A DNA stretch of 64,000 bases from Candidatus Dojkabacteria bacterium (GTDB taxonomy: Bacteria > Patescibacteriota > Dojkabacteria > J137). Under the pieces are notes generated by a model. That model was not told the DNA's origin. It made no database searches and was given only the letters and a program-made list of their open reading frames with translations. The position numbers were made by a program, and so were the translations under genes. Positions 40,209-50,723 of the stretch are shown one piece after another. How positions within the stretch are numbered: position 1 is the stretch's first letter; every line of letters begins with the position of its first letter. The stretch lies in contig JBDTVZ010000001.1 in assembly GCA_040006935.1 (NCBI GenBank), positions 18,218 through 82,217 of the forward strand, written 5' to 3'.

Positions 40209-41015
40209 TTACTCGAGAAACGTAAGTGCATACATCAGTGCAAACCCTATCACAAACATTGATATCTCAATCACATATTTTTTTACTCCAGACTTTTCGT
40301 GTATTTCAGGTAAAAGATCAGCCAATGCAATATAAATAAATTGGCCAGCAGCTAAAGGGATTAGAAACTTCTGTGCACCTTGAACATAATTACTTAATAT
40401 TAAAGTGAACACGGCTCCGGCCACAGCTGTTAACGCAGTCAGAAAATTTACTATTAAAACTTTCTTTTTAGACCAGCCAGAATACAAAAGGATTCCGACA
40501 TCAGCAAATTCTTGTGGAATCTCATGAACAATAATGGCAATAGTACTTGCTACTCCAGCAATCGGACTTACCAAAAAACTTGCTGCAATTGCAATTCCAT
40601 CTAAAAAATTATGTATTCCATCTCCAAATGTATTTAAATTTGCTAAAACTGATTTTTTAACATGCTCATGCTTATATTCATCTGAAGTATCATGGCTACA
40701 ATGAAAATATGCCTCTATCACTAACATTAATAAAATTCCTGCAAAAACAAAAACCATTGCTTCAATACTATAGCCATTTTCCGAAATACTTTCTCCTATC
40801 AAATGAAGGAAAGCGTCACCCAACAAGGCTCCCGCAGCAAATGCAATTAAAGAAGTTATAAAATTACTTTTTTCAGAAATTTTTCTAAAAAATAATAAAA
40901 CGCCTACAAATGAGATTAAACTCACAATAAAAGTTGCAAGCAGAGAATATAATAAAGTTTCCATATTACAATTTAATAAATAAATTTCTTTCCTGCCTAC
41001 CATTAGGCATGGCAA
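40209..41015 (-). CDS. zupT: ZIP-family zinc transporter
   Basis: 268 aa; 8 TM helices; the HEIPQEFADVGIL signature plus His-rich loop. Confidence 0.85.
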   Translation of the reverse strand: MPCLMVGRKEIYLLNCNMETLLYSLLATFIVSLISFVGVLLFFRKISEKSNFITSLIAFAAGALLGDAFLHLIGESISENGYSIEAMVFVFAGILLMLVIEAYFHCSHDTSDEYKHEHVKKSVLANLNTFGDGIHNFLDGIAIAASFLVSPIAGVASTIAIIVHEIPQEFADVGILLYSGWSKKKVLIVNFLTALTAVAGAVFTLILSNYVQGAQKFLIPLAAGQFIYIALADLLPEIHEKSGVKKYVIEISMFVIGFALMYALTFLE

Positions 41016-41359
41016 TCTTCACATTTTCCTTTTAAATTAAGTTCAAAATTTTCAAGACTAGCACCATTAGGAATAACTTGTTTTAAGAATTTATCATCTA
41101 CTTCTACATGCACAACCTTTTCGCAATTATTACAAATAAAATGTTGATGATGATCTCCAATTTTGCTTAATTCATAACTCATAACACCTTTTTTTACATT
41201 AACTTCCCTCAAAATGCCTTGCTCTACAAATAAAGATAAGTTTCTATAAATAGTTGCCCTGTCTATATCTGGAATTAAACCACAGACTTGGCTAGCTGTT
41301 AAAAGGAAACCATTAGAAAATAATTTTAATATTCTGTCTCTTTTCTTCGAATTTTTCAT
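41003..41359 (-). CDS. Fur-family metalloregulator (probably Zur)
   Basis: 118 aa; winged helix then HHQHFICNNCEKV...CEDCH metal sites; 13-nt overlap with the ZIP transporter gene suggests a Zur-zupT operon. Confidence 0.85.
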   Translation of the reverse strand: MKNSKKRDRILKLFSNGFLLTASQVCGLIPDIDRATIYRNLSLFVEQGILREVNVKKGVMSYELSKIGDHHQHFICNNCEKVVHVEVDDKFLKQVIPNGASLENFELNLKGKCEDCHA

Positions 41360-41866
41360 ATATAAATGCGATTAAGTTGCGAAGATAATAATGCAACATT
41401 GTCGCATTGTCAAATATTACTTATAGTTATTTTTAATTGAGTAAAATTGTTCTCTGTATACAATTATTTATCACGAAACTACAGCATATAGTATTTCCTT
41501 GACTTACTTATCACAACTTTCTAAAGTATAAGTTACAGCATTCTAAATATTTAGAAATTGGGAAAGAGGAGTAACTCAATTAAAAATTATAAATTTAAAG
41601 ATGAATAGCAAATGAGATTCTCTTTAATTGATTACTTTTAATTTTTAATTGTAAAATCTCCCACTGTGCCGCAACTGTGATGAGAGAGCTTGAGTTTATG
41701 AGAGGATAAGTTACGAATGAAAAATTCCCGTAACACAATTACTCATCATCTCATTCTCTATCTAAGTCAGAAAACCAATCTGTGCCTACAAAGAATTTCT
41801 TTGGAGTCTACGAGCAATAGACATTAGTTTTTAGCAGTTGTACGCTCACAGCTGTTTTTTTACAAT

Positions 41867-43858
41867 TTGGAAGAGTTATTAGGTACAATAAATATAGATA
41901 GTCTAGAAGGAGAAAACTTTAATCAGGAAATCTTTAGTATTCTTGAAAAATACAATTCTCTTATAAATACTCTTCAAACCGAAGGGTTAGAATCTATAGA
42001 AATTATAGGGCATGAAATGGCTACCGTAACACTTTACAAAAACCTCTTCCGCGTACAACTAGAAAAGTTGTTGCAAACTCTACTAATAAAAGAAATAGAT
42101 AAACTGAGTAATGTGAACGAAAGGCAATTGCTTTCATCTATTACATTAGAAAATATTTCCATATTTTTAGAAAATGATTTGTTTCTTGATGGAAGTTCTA
42201 TTTCGAATACACTCAAAAATATTGTGGTGAATATAATGAATAAAGTAAACATTATTTCGGAGAATTGGACTTTCCTTTTAAACACAGACACCAGCGTTAG
42301 CCCAATTTTAAATAATATAAATAAGGAAGTTGAGTATTTATTTGCAGATAATGTTAATACTTTCTTAGGTGAAAACTTAATTTTAAGAGAAGATTTGTTT
42401 AAGGATAAGTTAAAAAATTTTGGTGTTGACGATCAAATTAAATTAATGGACTTAATAAAAGTAAATGGAGCGAGAAAGATTGAGTTTGGTTATGACATGG
42501 ATTTTGGAATGATTAAATACCTTATTGATTCTGCAATTAGGTGTAAGAATCAATTACATAACGAAAGAGAAGATATTGAGCTATTCAATTTAATTACAAT
42601 TCTAATTACTTTTTTTAGAAATAATTTAGGTACTCAGAAAATATTAGATGAAGTAATTAATATTTATGAGGATAGGCCGGAAGTAATCGCTCATTTAAAA
42701 TATTTAATGAATCTGGAGTTATTACCAAAACTAATAATAGAAAATAGTCCTCCTATATACAAGAAAGTCCAAAAAAATTTGATGTTTAGAATTTATGAAC
42801 ATACCGATGGTGGAGTAAAAGTACATATTCATTCCATACCTTACAGCCAAATTGATGCAGAAAAATCTATTGATGATTTTATAATTAATAATGGATTAGA
42901 AATACAATCATTTCCTAATAGTGTGAATAGACAAACTGAAAATAAAATACTTTCAAGACTAGTTGCAACTAATTTAAGTTTTGAAGAGGCCGTTAAGATG
43001 CACACAAGTATAAGTAAAATAGGGTTACAAACCATTAAAAATAACGACTCTTTATTAGATCCAATTCTCGAAAAACTAAACCATTCATTAAAACCTTTTG
43101 TAAAAGAGGTAGCACAAATACTTCCACAATTAATTAATGATCAACGACTAAGAGCACAGTATGTGGATCAATACGAAAGCAGAATTAAAGGAATTCATTT
43201 TCACCATGCACCAAAATCTAGTATTGAAACAGATTTAAGCGAAGCAGAACTCACGGATCTTCAAGAAAAAATTATGAAAAGAGTTATGGAAGGGCAAAGT
43301 TTCGAAGCAGCAATTGGAGATATTGTAGATAGAGAGGATTTTAATTTAAGAGTGGGATCTCAAGGGGATTGTGTTCAATTTGAGACAAAAATTGAGCAGG
43401 TCGCAGTAGTAGCACAAAAAAGTGAGGATTTATCTGGATATAAAGATGGCACAGTCCTAACTAGCAAGAAAGTGGAAGGAAATGGTTTTCAAAGTACAAT
43501 TAGAGAAAAGGTAATTGATGGGAAGAAGATTAATACAGTAACTTGTCTAGTTTGCCAAAAAGAATTTGATACTTGTAATGACAAATGCCCTGAATGTGAT
43601 ACATCTAGAGAAATGCAATATAACGCTATCTATAACGGGAATACTAGATTAGGGAAGGAGGCTATTAAGACTATTCAGGAAAGAATAGATCAAAAGAGAT
43701 CAGAAGTTGAGTCTCAACTAAATGACAATGTTGTAAAAGAAACTAACCAATCTATGGACCCTTGGCTTGGGAAAAAAGTTGAAGGAGTTTTTAGCCAGTT
43801 AATTTCTGTAGTAACATTTGGTGCTGTGAAGGAAAGCCCTAAATATTATGAGAATTAA
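41867..43858 (+). CDS. hypothetical protein with a C-terminal zinc ribbon
   Basis: 663 aa; CLVCQKEFDTCNDKCPEC near the C-terminus. Confidence 0.6.
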   Translation: MEELLGTINIDSLEGENFNQEIFSILEKYNSLINTLQTEGLESIEIIGHEMATVTLYKNLFRVQLEKLLQTLLIKEIDKLSNVNERQLLSSITLENISIFLENDLFLDGSSISNTLKNIVVNIMNKVNIISENWTFLLNTDTSVSPILNNINKEVEYLFADNVNTFLGENLILREDLFKDKLKNFGVDDQIKLMDLIKVNGARKIEFGYDMDFGMIKYLIDSAIRCKNQLHNEREDIELFNLITILITFFRNNLGTQKILDEVINIYEDRPEVIAHLKYLMNLELLPKLIIENSPPIYKKVQKNLMFRIYEHTDGGVKVHIHSIPYSQIDAEKSIDDFIINNGLEIQSFPNSVNRQTENKILSRLVATNLSFEEAVKMHTSISKIGLQTIKNNDSLLDPILEKLNHSLKPFVKEVAQILPQLINDQRLRAQYVDQYESRIKGIHFHHAPKSSIETDLSEAELTDLQEKIMKRVMEGQSFEAAIGDIVDREDFNLRVGSQGDCVQFETKIEQVAVVAQKSEDLSGYKDGTVLTSKKVEGNGFQSTIREKVIDGKKINTVTCLVCQKEFDTCNDKCPECDTSREMQYNAIYNGNTRLGKEAIKTIQERIDQKRSEVESQLNDNVVKETNQSMDPWLGKKVEGVFSQLISVVTFGAVKESPKYYEN

Positions 43859-44901
43859 TTATTTATCTCATACTTAATCTTATCTTTCAAAGTATCAATT
43901 ATAGATTTCTTTCCTTTAGTTTCAGTAGACTTTAAGGATTCTAAGATACTCTTTTTATTTAAATCTTTCCCAAGAATCAAAAGTGCAGTTATTTTTTCTT
44001 CACCATTATCCCATTCTTTATAAGTGTAATCTTTTCTAGATACAACATATTGAAGAAGGTATTTCTTTGAATTATTCCTAGTATCTTTAATAGGTGCATT
44101 GTCAAAATATAAAAACCCTTTTGCCCTAATAACGTTTTTTGGAAACTTTCTTAAGACTTCTTCAAATTTATAAAAATCTAAGGGTACTTCAGATTTAAAG
44201 AAAATTTCGTCAATATTTTCATGATGATGCTCCACTTCACCTTCATGATCATGCGATTCATGACCTCCTTCCTCAACAATCTTCTGAAACTCTTCCAAAG
44301 TTTTTAAATCACTCATAGATCTATCTATTAAAATGGACATATCTAAATCATCATTAATTTCGTAAACTAATGCTTTTGGATTTAAACTGGTGACCAAATC
44401 CTTCAGTTGCTCTATCTTTTCTGGTCTGGATTTATTTATCTTAGAAATAAGAATTATATTAGCAGTTGAGACTTGAATCCTTGCGATGTCGTAATTATCA
44501 AATTGTTCTTCAAAATTAACAGCGTCTACCACACAAATCACGGCATCTAATTTAAAATCTTTCTCAAGGCTGGGATTATAAAAGGTTAAACCTAAAGCTA
44601 GAGGATCCGATAAACCTGAGGCTTCAAGAATAATATAGTTAGTTTCTGGATTTGCTTTCATTACTTTATTAAAAGCTGAAATTAAATCTCCTCTTGCAAC
44701 ACAGCAAACGCAACCATTGCTTAGTTCCACGACTTCATCTTCAGTTGGCACAAGAAATTGGCTTTCTAGCGAAACATCGCCGAATTCGTTTAAAATAACT
44801 CCTAGCTTTAAGTCCTTGTTATTTTCAATTATTTTGTTTAAAAAAGAGGTTTTACCTGCTCCTAAGAACCCTGTTATTAATGTTATTGGAATTCTAGACA
44901 C
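43855..44901 (-). CDS. COG0523 (CobW/ZigA/YeiR-like) metallochaperone GTPase
   Basis: P-loop ITGFLGAGKTSFL, GCVCCVARGDL (the CxCC motif), and a His-rich stretch HESHDHEGEVEHHHEN. Confidence 0.85.
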   Translation of the reverse strand: MSRIPITLITGFLGAGKTSFLNKIIENNKDLKLGVILNEFGDVSLESQFLVPTEDEVVELSNGCVCCVARGDLISAFNKVMKANPETNYIILEASGLSDPLALGLTFYNPSLEKDFKLDAVICVVDAVNFEEQFDNYDIARIQVSTANIILISKINKSRPEKIEQLKDLVTSLNPKALVYEINDDLDMSILIDRSMSDLKTLEEFQKIVEEGGHESHDHEGEVEHHHENIDEIFFKSEVPLDFYKFEEVLRKFPKNVIRAKGFLYFDNAPIKDTRNNSKKYLLQYVVSRKDYTYKEWDNGEEKITALLILGKDLNKKSILESLKSTETKGKKSIIDTLKDKIKYEINN

Positions 44902-45085
44902 GAAAAACTATTAAAAATTAAAAGAGATAATAGAATTATTATACATTATTAAAAATAGTCAAAAAAATAACTAATTACTAAATATGAAAACTTACGGATT
45001 GATTATTGGCTATTTGTTATTCGGCATTAATTAGCACTCGGGCTAACCTCTTGCTAAAATTAAAATCTGGTGATATTATGTCTGA

Positions 45086-46837
45086 ATGCGTAAAAAAGAT
45101 TCATCTCAAAAAGATACAACTAAAAAGCAGGATTCAACATTTAAGAATTTCCTACAAACTCTAAAGCCATATACTTTATATTTAGTAATTATCTTGGCGT
45201 TAACAGCTGCTTTGAATAGTTATAACTTAGAAATACCTAAGGTAATTTCTAGGGCTATTGATGCTTACGCAAGAGGTACCTATAATCAAAACACAACTTT
45301 AAACGAGTTTATAGTGATTGTTGCTGCTGTGTTAATACTTTCAATTCTTCAAGTAGTAATTGGAAGTTACACTGCTGAAAGAGTTGCAAAAGATTTAAGA
45401 TTAAAATTATCAAGAAAAATTGCTGGAGGTTCATTTAGATTTGTACAAGATCAAACTTCATCTAAATTATTAACTAATATAACTTCTGATGTAGATGGAG
45501 TTAAAACATTTGTTTCTCAAGCAGCACCAACTTTATTCTCATCCATCTACCTAGCAATTGGAGCTGCGTGGAATATGTTTCAGTTAAATGGAAGTTTAGC
45601 TTTATTCACAATTGCATTTATCCCTGTAATAATTTTTGCATTTACTTATATTTTCGGGAAAATTCAAAAATTATTTACAAAAGGACAGGAAAATATTGAT
45701 GCCTTAAACAAAAAAATATCTGAGACAATCGAAGGAAGTGCATTAATAAGAGTTCTAAATTCACAAAAATACGAAACTGCAAGATTTGATGTTTTAAATA
45801 TAGTTACAAGAGATATAGGGAAAGGAATTCTTACAGGATTTGCGACTATATTCCCTTTAATAGGAGTTCTATTTAATGCAATGATTATTGGAATTATATG
45901 GTTTGGTGGGAATCAAGTTATTACAGGTGATTTATCAATTGGTAATTTTGGAGCATTTTACTCCTATGTTGCTATTTTAATAATGCCCATTATTACCTTA
46001 GGATTCATTAGTACATTAATTTCTAGATCTTTCTCAACATTTGTTAGAGTTTCTAGTGTCCTAAGTTCTAAAGACGAGGGACCTCAAGGAACGATTGTAA
46101 AAGATATTAAAGGTGATATTGAATTTAAGAAAGTACACTTAAAAATAGGTGAAAAAGAAATATTAAAGGATATTAACCTTAAAATTAAAGCTGGTACACG
46201 AAATGCAATAGTTGGACCAACAGCCTCAGGAAAAACTCAATTACTTTATATAATAGCTGGATTAGTGGAGCCAACAGATGGAGAAGTATTAGTTGATGGA
46301 GAAAATATTGAAAAGATAGAACCTAAAAGTCTTTATGGACAAATGGGTATCGTTTTTCAGGACAGCATTATCTTTAATACAACTTTAGAAGAGAATATAG
46401 CATTTAATAGCGAGGTAGATAAAGAATCTACAGATAAAGCAATTAATACAGCAGAGCTTGACGAATTTATTTCCAAACAACCAGAAGGTTTGAAAACGCA
46501 AGTTTCAGAAAGAGGAACAAGCTTATCCGGAGGACAAAAACAGAGATTGACTTTGGCAAGAGCTTTAACTTTAAATCCTAAAATATTACTACTAGACGAC
46601 TTTACTGCGAGAGTGGATCAACGGACAGAAAAATCAATTTCTGATAATCTAGTTAAGAATTATCCTGATACTACAGTTATTTCTATTACACAGAAAGTAA
46701 ATTCAATCACTGATTACGATCAAATATTTTTAATTATGGAAGGAGAATTACTAGCAAGTGGAACTCATCAAGAATTATTAAAGAATAGTTTCGAATATAA
46801 ACAAATTTTTGAATCACAAAAATCAACTGATAGATAA
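45086..46837 (+). CDS. ABC exporter, fused permease-ATPase (MsbA/MdlB-like), partner 1
   Basis: 583 aa; 6 TM helices; Walker A GPTASGKT, signature LSGGQKQR, Walker B LLLDD. Confidence 0.85.
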   Translation: MRKKDSSQKDTTKKQDSTFKNFLQTLKPYTLYLVIILALTAALNSYNLEIPKVISRAIDAYARGTYNQNTTLNEFIVIVAAVLILSILQVVIGSYTAERVAKDLRLKLSRKIAGGSFRFVQDQTSSKLLTNITSDVDGVKTFVSQAAPTLFSSIYLAIGAAWNMFQLNGSLALFTIAFIPVIIFAFTYIFGKIQKLFTKGQENIDALNKKISETIEGSALIRVLNSQKYETARFDVLNIVTRDIGKGILTGFATIFPLIGVLFNAMIIGIIWFGGNQVITGDLSIGNFGAFYSYVAILIMPIITLGFISTLISRSFSTFVRVSSVLSSKDEGPQGTIVKDIKGDIEFKKVHLKIGEKEILKDINLKIKAGTRNAIVGPTASGKTQLLYIIAGLVEPTDGEVLVDGENIEKIEPKSLYGQMGIVFQDSIIFNTTLEENIAFNSEVDKESTDKAINTAELDEFISKQPEGLKTQVSERGTSLSGGQKQRLTLARALTLNPKILLLDDFTARVDQRTEKSISDNLVKNYPDTTVISITQKVNSITDYDQIFLIMEGELLASGTHQELLKNSFEYKQIFESQKSTDR

Positions 46838-46884
46838 GTTTCTCCCCTTCATAAGGGGAGATGGCGAAGCCGAGGGGTTTGGCT

Positions 46885-46956
46885 CCCTCTCCTTTTAAGG
46901 AGAGGGTTGGGGTGAGGTCATACCGCCGCAAAACCACGTACTAGTTAGGGCGGTCC
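46885..46956 (+). repeat. GC-rich two-hairpin intergenic repeat, copy B, preceded by an extra hairpin at 46841-46861
   Basis: CCCTCTCC-TTTTAA-GGAGAGGG-TTG-GGGTGAGGTCATACCGCC-loop-GGGCGGTCC; an upstream TCTCCCCTT-CATAA-GGGGAGA hairpin. Confidence 0.8.
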
Positions 46957-46975
46957 AAATTAATATACAACAAAT

Positions 46976-48742
46976 ATGAGATACAAATTAACTCAAAAAA
47001 AAGAAGGTGAAGTTGAGAAAAAAAGTAATATACTTTCTATCCTTATAGCATTCTCTCCTTTTTTAAGAACAGAGAAATTAAGAATTACCTTAGGCTTTAT
47101 TGCTATTGTAATCAACTCAGCAGTATCCATAGTTGCACCTTTTATTTTAGGATCAGTAATCGATGATTATATTCTTAAGAGAGATGTGGATGGTTTACTA
47201 CGCATTGTACTAGTTTTAATTGCCATGTACGCTGTTGCTTTCGTAACTAGCTACTTGCAAATATATTTAATGGGTATTGTAGGCCAGAACGTATTGTTTA
47301 AATTAAGAGATAAAATATTTAGAAAAATACAATCACTTCCCCTAGAGTTCTTTAACGATAATAAATCCGGAGATTTGATCTCAAGAATTAATAATGATAC
47401 AGACAAGCTAAATCAATTATTTTCAGAAGTTTTAGTAAGGCTTACAGGTAGTGTATTTACAATTGTAGGAATTGGTATTTTTATAATTTTTGTTAATGCA
47501 AAACTTGCCGCTGCTACATTAATTGGAGTTGTAGCCTTGTTTGTTATTACAACACTACTGGGACCGCTAATTAGGAAAGCAAATAAGAAAAGTTTAGATG
47601 CTTTGGGTAATTTCTCAGCGGAAATACAAGAAAGTTTAAGCAACTTTAAAGTTATCATAGCTTTTAATAGAAGAGATTATTTTAAAGAGAAATTTCAAGA
47701 AGCTCAACAGAAGAACTACTTGGCAGCAGTTTGGGCAGCAGTAGCAAATGGAGTAATTGCGCCAATCTATGATTTCGCTGGGAATATTGCTCAATTATTG
47801 ATATTGATTTACGGTATCTACTTAATTGGAACTGGAGAAGTTACAATAGGTTTATTAATAAGTTTTATTTCATATGCCGATAGATTCTATCAACCATTAA
47901 GAATTATGGCTTCTTTAATTGCGACCCTACAGTCTTCTTTGGCAGCATGGACTAGAGTAAATGAAATCTTAACGGCAGAAAGTAATTTAATAGAAGCAGA
48001 CGAAAAAACTATTGATGAGAAGAAATCTATTTTAAAATTCGATAATGTTTCTTTTGGTTATTTAGAAGGGTCAGATGTGCTTAAAGATATAAATATTGAT
48101 TTAGATTACGGTAAAACATACGCATTGGTAGGGCCAACTGGGGGAGGAAAAAGTACATTAGCATCTTTAATTGCAAGACTTTTTGACGCGAGAGCAGGAG
48201 AAATATATTTAGAAGGGAAAAATCTAAAATCTATAGCACCATCAGAAATAGCTAAAGAAATAGGGTTTATTTTACAAGATCCTTACCTGTTTGGTGGTAC
48301 CTTAGCAGACAATATTAAATATGGTAACGATGAGTTGCAAAATCTAAACTCAGAAGAATTAGCAACTAGAATAAAAGAATTAGGCTTAGAGAAAGTTCTA
48401 GAAAGATTCAATTCAGGTTTGGATGTTAAAGTAAGTTCAGATTCTGAAAATATTAGTCTTGGACAAAAGCAACTAATTGCATTCTTAAGAACTATTTTAA
48501 GAAAGCCGAAGTTACTAATATTAGATGAGGCTACTGCCAACATAGATACAATTACTGAGGCACTGCTTGAGGAAATTATTGATAAGCTTCCAAAAGATAC
48601 TACAAAAATTATCATTGCACACAGGCTTAATACCATTAAGAAAGCTGATCAAATCTTCTTTATTGCTAATGGGGAAGTTACACAAGCTAAAAACCTAAAA
48701 GGAGCTGTGGAAATGATTGAAAATGTTAAACGAAGCTCCTAA
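46976..48742 (+). CDS. ABC exporter, fused permease-ATPase, partner 2
   Basis: 588 aa; Walker A GPTGGGKST, a degenerate signature ISLGQKQL, Walker B ILDEAT; probably heterodimeric with the upstream gene. Confidence 0.85.
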   Translation: MRYKLTQKKEGEVEKKSNILSILIAFSPFLRTEKLRITLGFIAIVINSAVSIVAPFILGSVIDDYILKRDVDGLLRIVLVLIAMYAVAFVTSYLQIYLMGIVGQNVLFKLRDKIFRKIQSLPLEFFNDNKSGDLISRINNDTDKLNQLFSEVLVRLTGSVFTIVGIGIFIIFVNAKLAAATLIGVVALFVITTLLGPLIRKANKKSLDALGNFSAEIQESLSNFKVIIAFNRRDYFKEKFQEAQQKNYLAAVWAAVANGVIAPIYDFAGNIAQLLILIYGIYLIGTGEVTIGLLISFISYADRFYQPLRIMASLIATLQSSLAAWTRVNEILTAESNLIEADEKTIDEKKSILKFDNVSFGYLEGSDVLKDINIDLDYGKTYALVGPTGGGKSTLASLIARLFDARAGEIYLEGKNLKSIAPSEIAKEIGFILQDPYLFGGTLADNIKYGNDELQNLNSEELATRIKELGLEKVLERFNSGLDVKVSSDSENISLGQKQLIAFLRTILRKPKLLILDEATANIDTITEALLEEIIDKLPKDTTKIIIAHRLNTIKKADQIFFIANGEVTQAKNLKGAVEMIENVKRSS

Positions 48743-49007
48743 ATCTACAATTGTCATTGCGAGCGAACGAAGTGAGCGTGGCAATCCCGTATTAAAAGCA
48801 AATCTATTAAAGATACACGACGAAATCTGTATGGCAGGCAGGTTAAAAAGAGGGGAATGAATAACAACTCATAGCAATAACACTTTTCATTATTTGAAAA
48901 TTAAATACTGATTATTTGTCAGTGGTTATTATAAAAACCTATAACATTTTTTTTCTTGCAGTCTGTTTACGAATTTATTAAACTGGACTCATTTGGTAAA
49001 TTTTTCT

Positions 49008-50681
49008 ATGAAGACAAAGTATATTTTTATATCAGGGGGTGTGATCTCGGGCATTGGCAAGGGAGTAACCGCATCCTCTTTAGGACTTCTTCTCAAATCC
49101 CGCGGATTTAAAATTAGTGTCATTAAGTGTGAAACCTATCTAAATGTAGACTCCGGAACCATTAACCCCATTGAACATGGGGATCCTTTTTTATGCGCGG
49201 ATGGGCTAGAAGCTGACATGGATTTAGGAACATATGAAAGATTTCTTGAAATAGAAGTGGGACATAAAAATTTCTGTACAATGGGACAGGTGTACAAGAC
49301 CATTATTGATAAGGAAAGATCTATGGGTTACCATGGGAAAACCGTGGATGCTATACCAGAAATTCCAAATGAAATAATAAGAAGAATAAAGGAAGCAGGA
49401 AAAGGTTCAGAAATATGTTTGGTAGAACTGGGTGGCACAGCAGGTGAATATCAAAATATTTACAACTACGAGGCAGCTAGAATGATGAAGTTAGAAATGC
49501 CTGATGATTGTGTACATATTCATATTAGTTATGTTCCAATTCCAGAACACATTGGTGAGCCTAAAACAAAACCTACGCAGTTATCTATGAGATTTTTGAA
49601 CATGGCTGGAATACAGCCTGATTTTCTAGTTTTAAGAAGCAGCAAAGTTGTTGATTCGCTCAGGCTATCTAAAGTTGCAATTCAATGCAATATCCATCCT
49701 GATAGAATAATAATGAATTCTAATGTTAAGAGTATTTACGAACTACCTTTAAAATTTCAGTCACAAAATATGGATATTAAGGTTTTAAGTCTACTTAAGC
49801 TTAAAAGGAAGCCCTTAAATCTAAAAAGATGGCAGAAATTGGTAAAAATTATTACTACTGAAAGAAAAAAACGTGTTCTAATAGCTGTTGTTGGCAAATA
49901 TATTGCAACTGGATCTTTCCAATTACCTGACTCTTATAATTCTTTATCACACGCTCTAAAACATGCAAGTTGGGGTACGAATATTGGAGTAGACATAATG
50001 TTTATAAACGCAGAAGACCTTGAGGATAGCCACAAAGCCAGTGATCTACTCAAGCACGCAAATGGAATAATTGTTCCAATTGGATGGGGTAGCAGAGGAG
50101 TAGAAGGTAAAATTAAAGCAATAGAGTATGCTAGAAAGAATAAAGTTCCATATTTAGGTCTTTGTTATGGTATGCAACTTGCATGCGTAGAATTTGCAAG
50201 AGATGTTTTGGGTTGGAAGGATGCTAATTCTGAAGAAGTTAATCCTAAAACGAATCATAAAATAATACATACGATCCCTTTTGATCCAAAATACCAAACA
50301 ATAAAAGGAGAAGGCACTTCGATGAGGCTAGGAACTTACCCTTGTGTTGTAAAGAAAGGAAGCCTAGCATACGATATATATTCTAAAGACGCGCAATTGC
50401 GCGTCTCAAAAAAGAACAAAGATATGATTGTTTATGAGAGACATCGTCATAGGTTTGAATTTAATAATGAATATAGAAAAGCCTTAGAAGATAAAGGAAT
50501 GGTATTTAGTGGAACTTCACCTGATGACTTTTTTGTAGAAATTATAGAACTTCCAAAGAAACTACATCCATTTTTTATTGCTACACAAGCGCATCCAGAA
50601 TATAAATCTAAGCCTTTGGAACCTCATCCAGTTTTCGTAGAATTTGTTAAAGCCTCTATGAAATTCACTCCAAAAAAATAA
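49008..50681 (+). CDS. pyrG: CTP synthase
   Basis: KYIFISGGVISGIGKGV...YLNVDSGT...HGDPF; C-terminal glutamine amidotransferase domain with GLCYGMQ; the start is probably the ATG at 49008. Confidence 0.9.
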   Translation: MKTKYIFISGGVISGIGKGVTASSLGLLLKSRGFKISVIKCETYLNVDSGTINPIEHGDPFLCADGLEADMDLGTYERFLEIEVGHKNFCTMGQVYKTIIDKERSMGYHGKTVDAIPEIPNEIIRRIKEAGKGSEICLVELGGTAGEYQNIYNYEAARMMKLEMPDDCVHIHISYVPIPEHIGEPKTKPTQLSMRFLNMAGIQPDFLVLRSSKVVDSLRLSKVAIQCNIHPDRIIMNSNVKSIYELPLKFQSQNMDIKVLSLLKLKRKPLNLKRWQKLVKIITTERKKRVLIAVVGKYIATGSFQLPDSYNSLSHALKHASWGTNIGVDIMFINAEDLEDSHKASDLLKHANGIIVPIGWGSRGVEGKIKAIEYARKNKVPYLGLCYGMQLACVEFARDVLGWKDANSEEVNPKTNHKIIHTIPFDPKYQTIKGEGTSMRLGTYPCVVKKGSLAYDIYSKDAQLRVSKKNKDMIVYERHRHRFEFNNEYRKALEDKGMVFSGTSPDDFFVEIIELPKKLHPFFIATQAHPEYKSKPLEPHPVFVEFVKASMKFTPKK

Positions 50682-50723
50682 TTATCTGCTAAAATAGATT
50701 TCTAAGATTGTTTCCATAAACTG

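Noticed and set aside
41675-41684. Hammerhead-like CTGTGATGAG in the Zur upstream region
   Set aside because: The core would need CUGAUGAG. Here an extra UG disrupts it, and no matching GAAA or stem III arrangement is present.
44930-45000. AT-rich palindrome ATAATAGAATTATTAT upstream of the COG0523 gene as a Zur box
   Set aside because: Imperfect AT-rich palindromes of this quality are expected by chance at about 30% GC. I mention the possibility only under the zinc-cluster finding.
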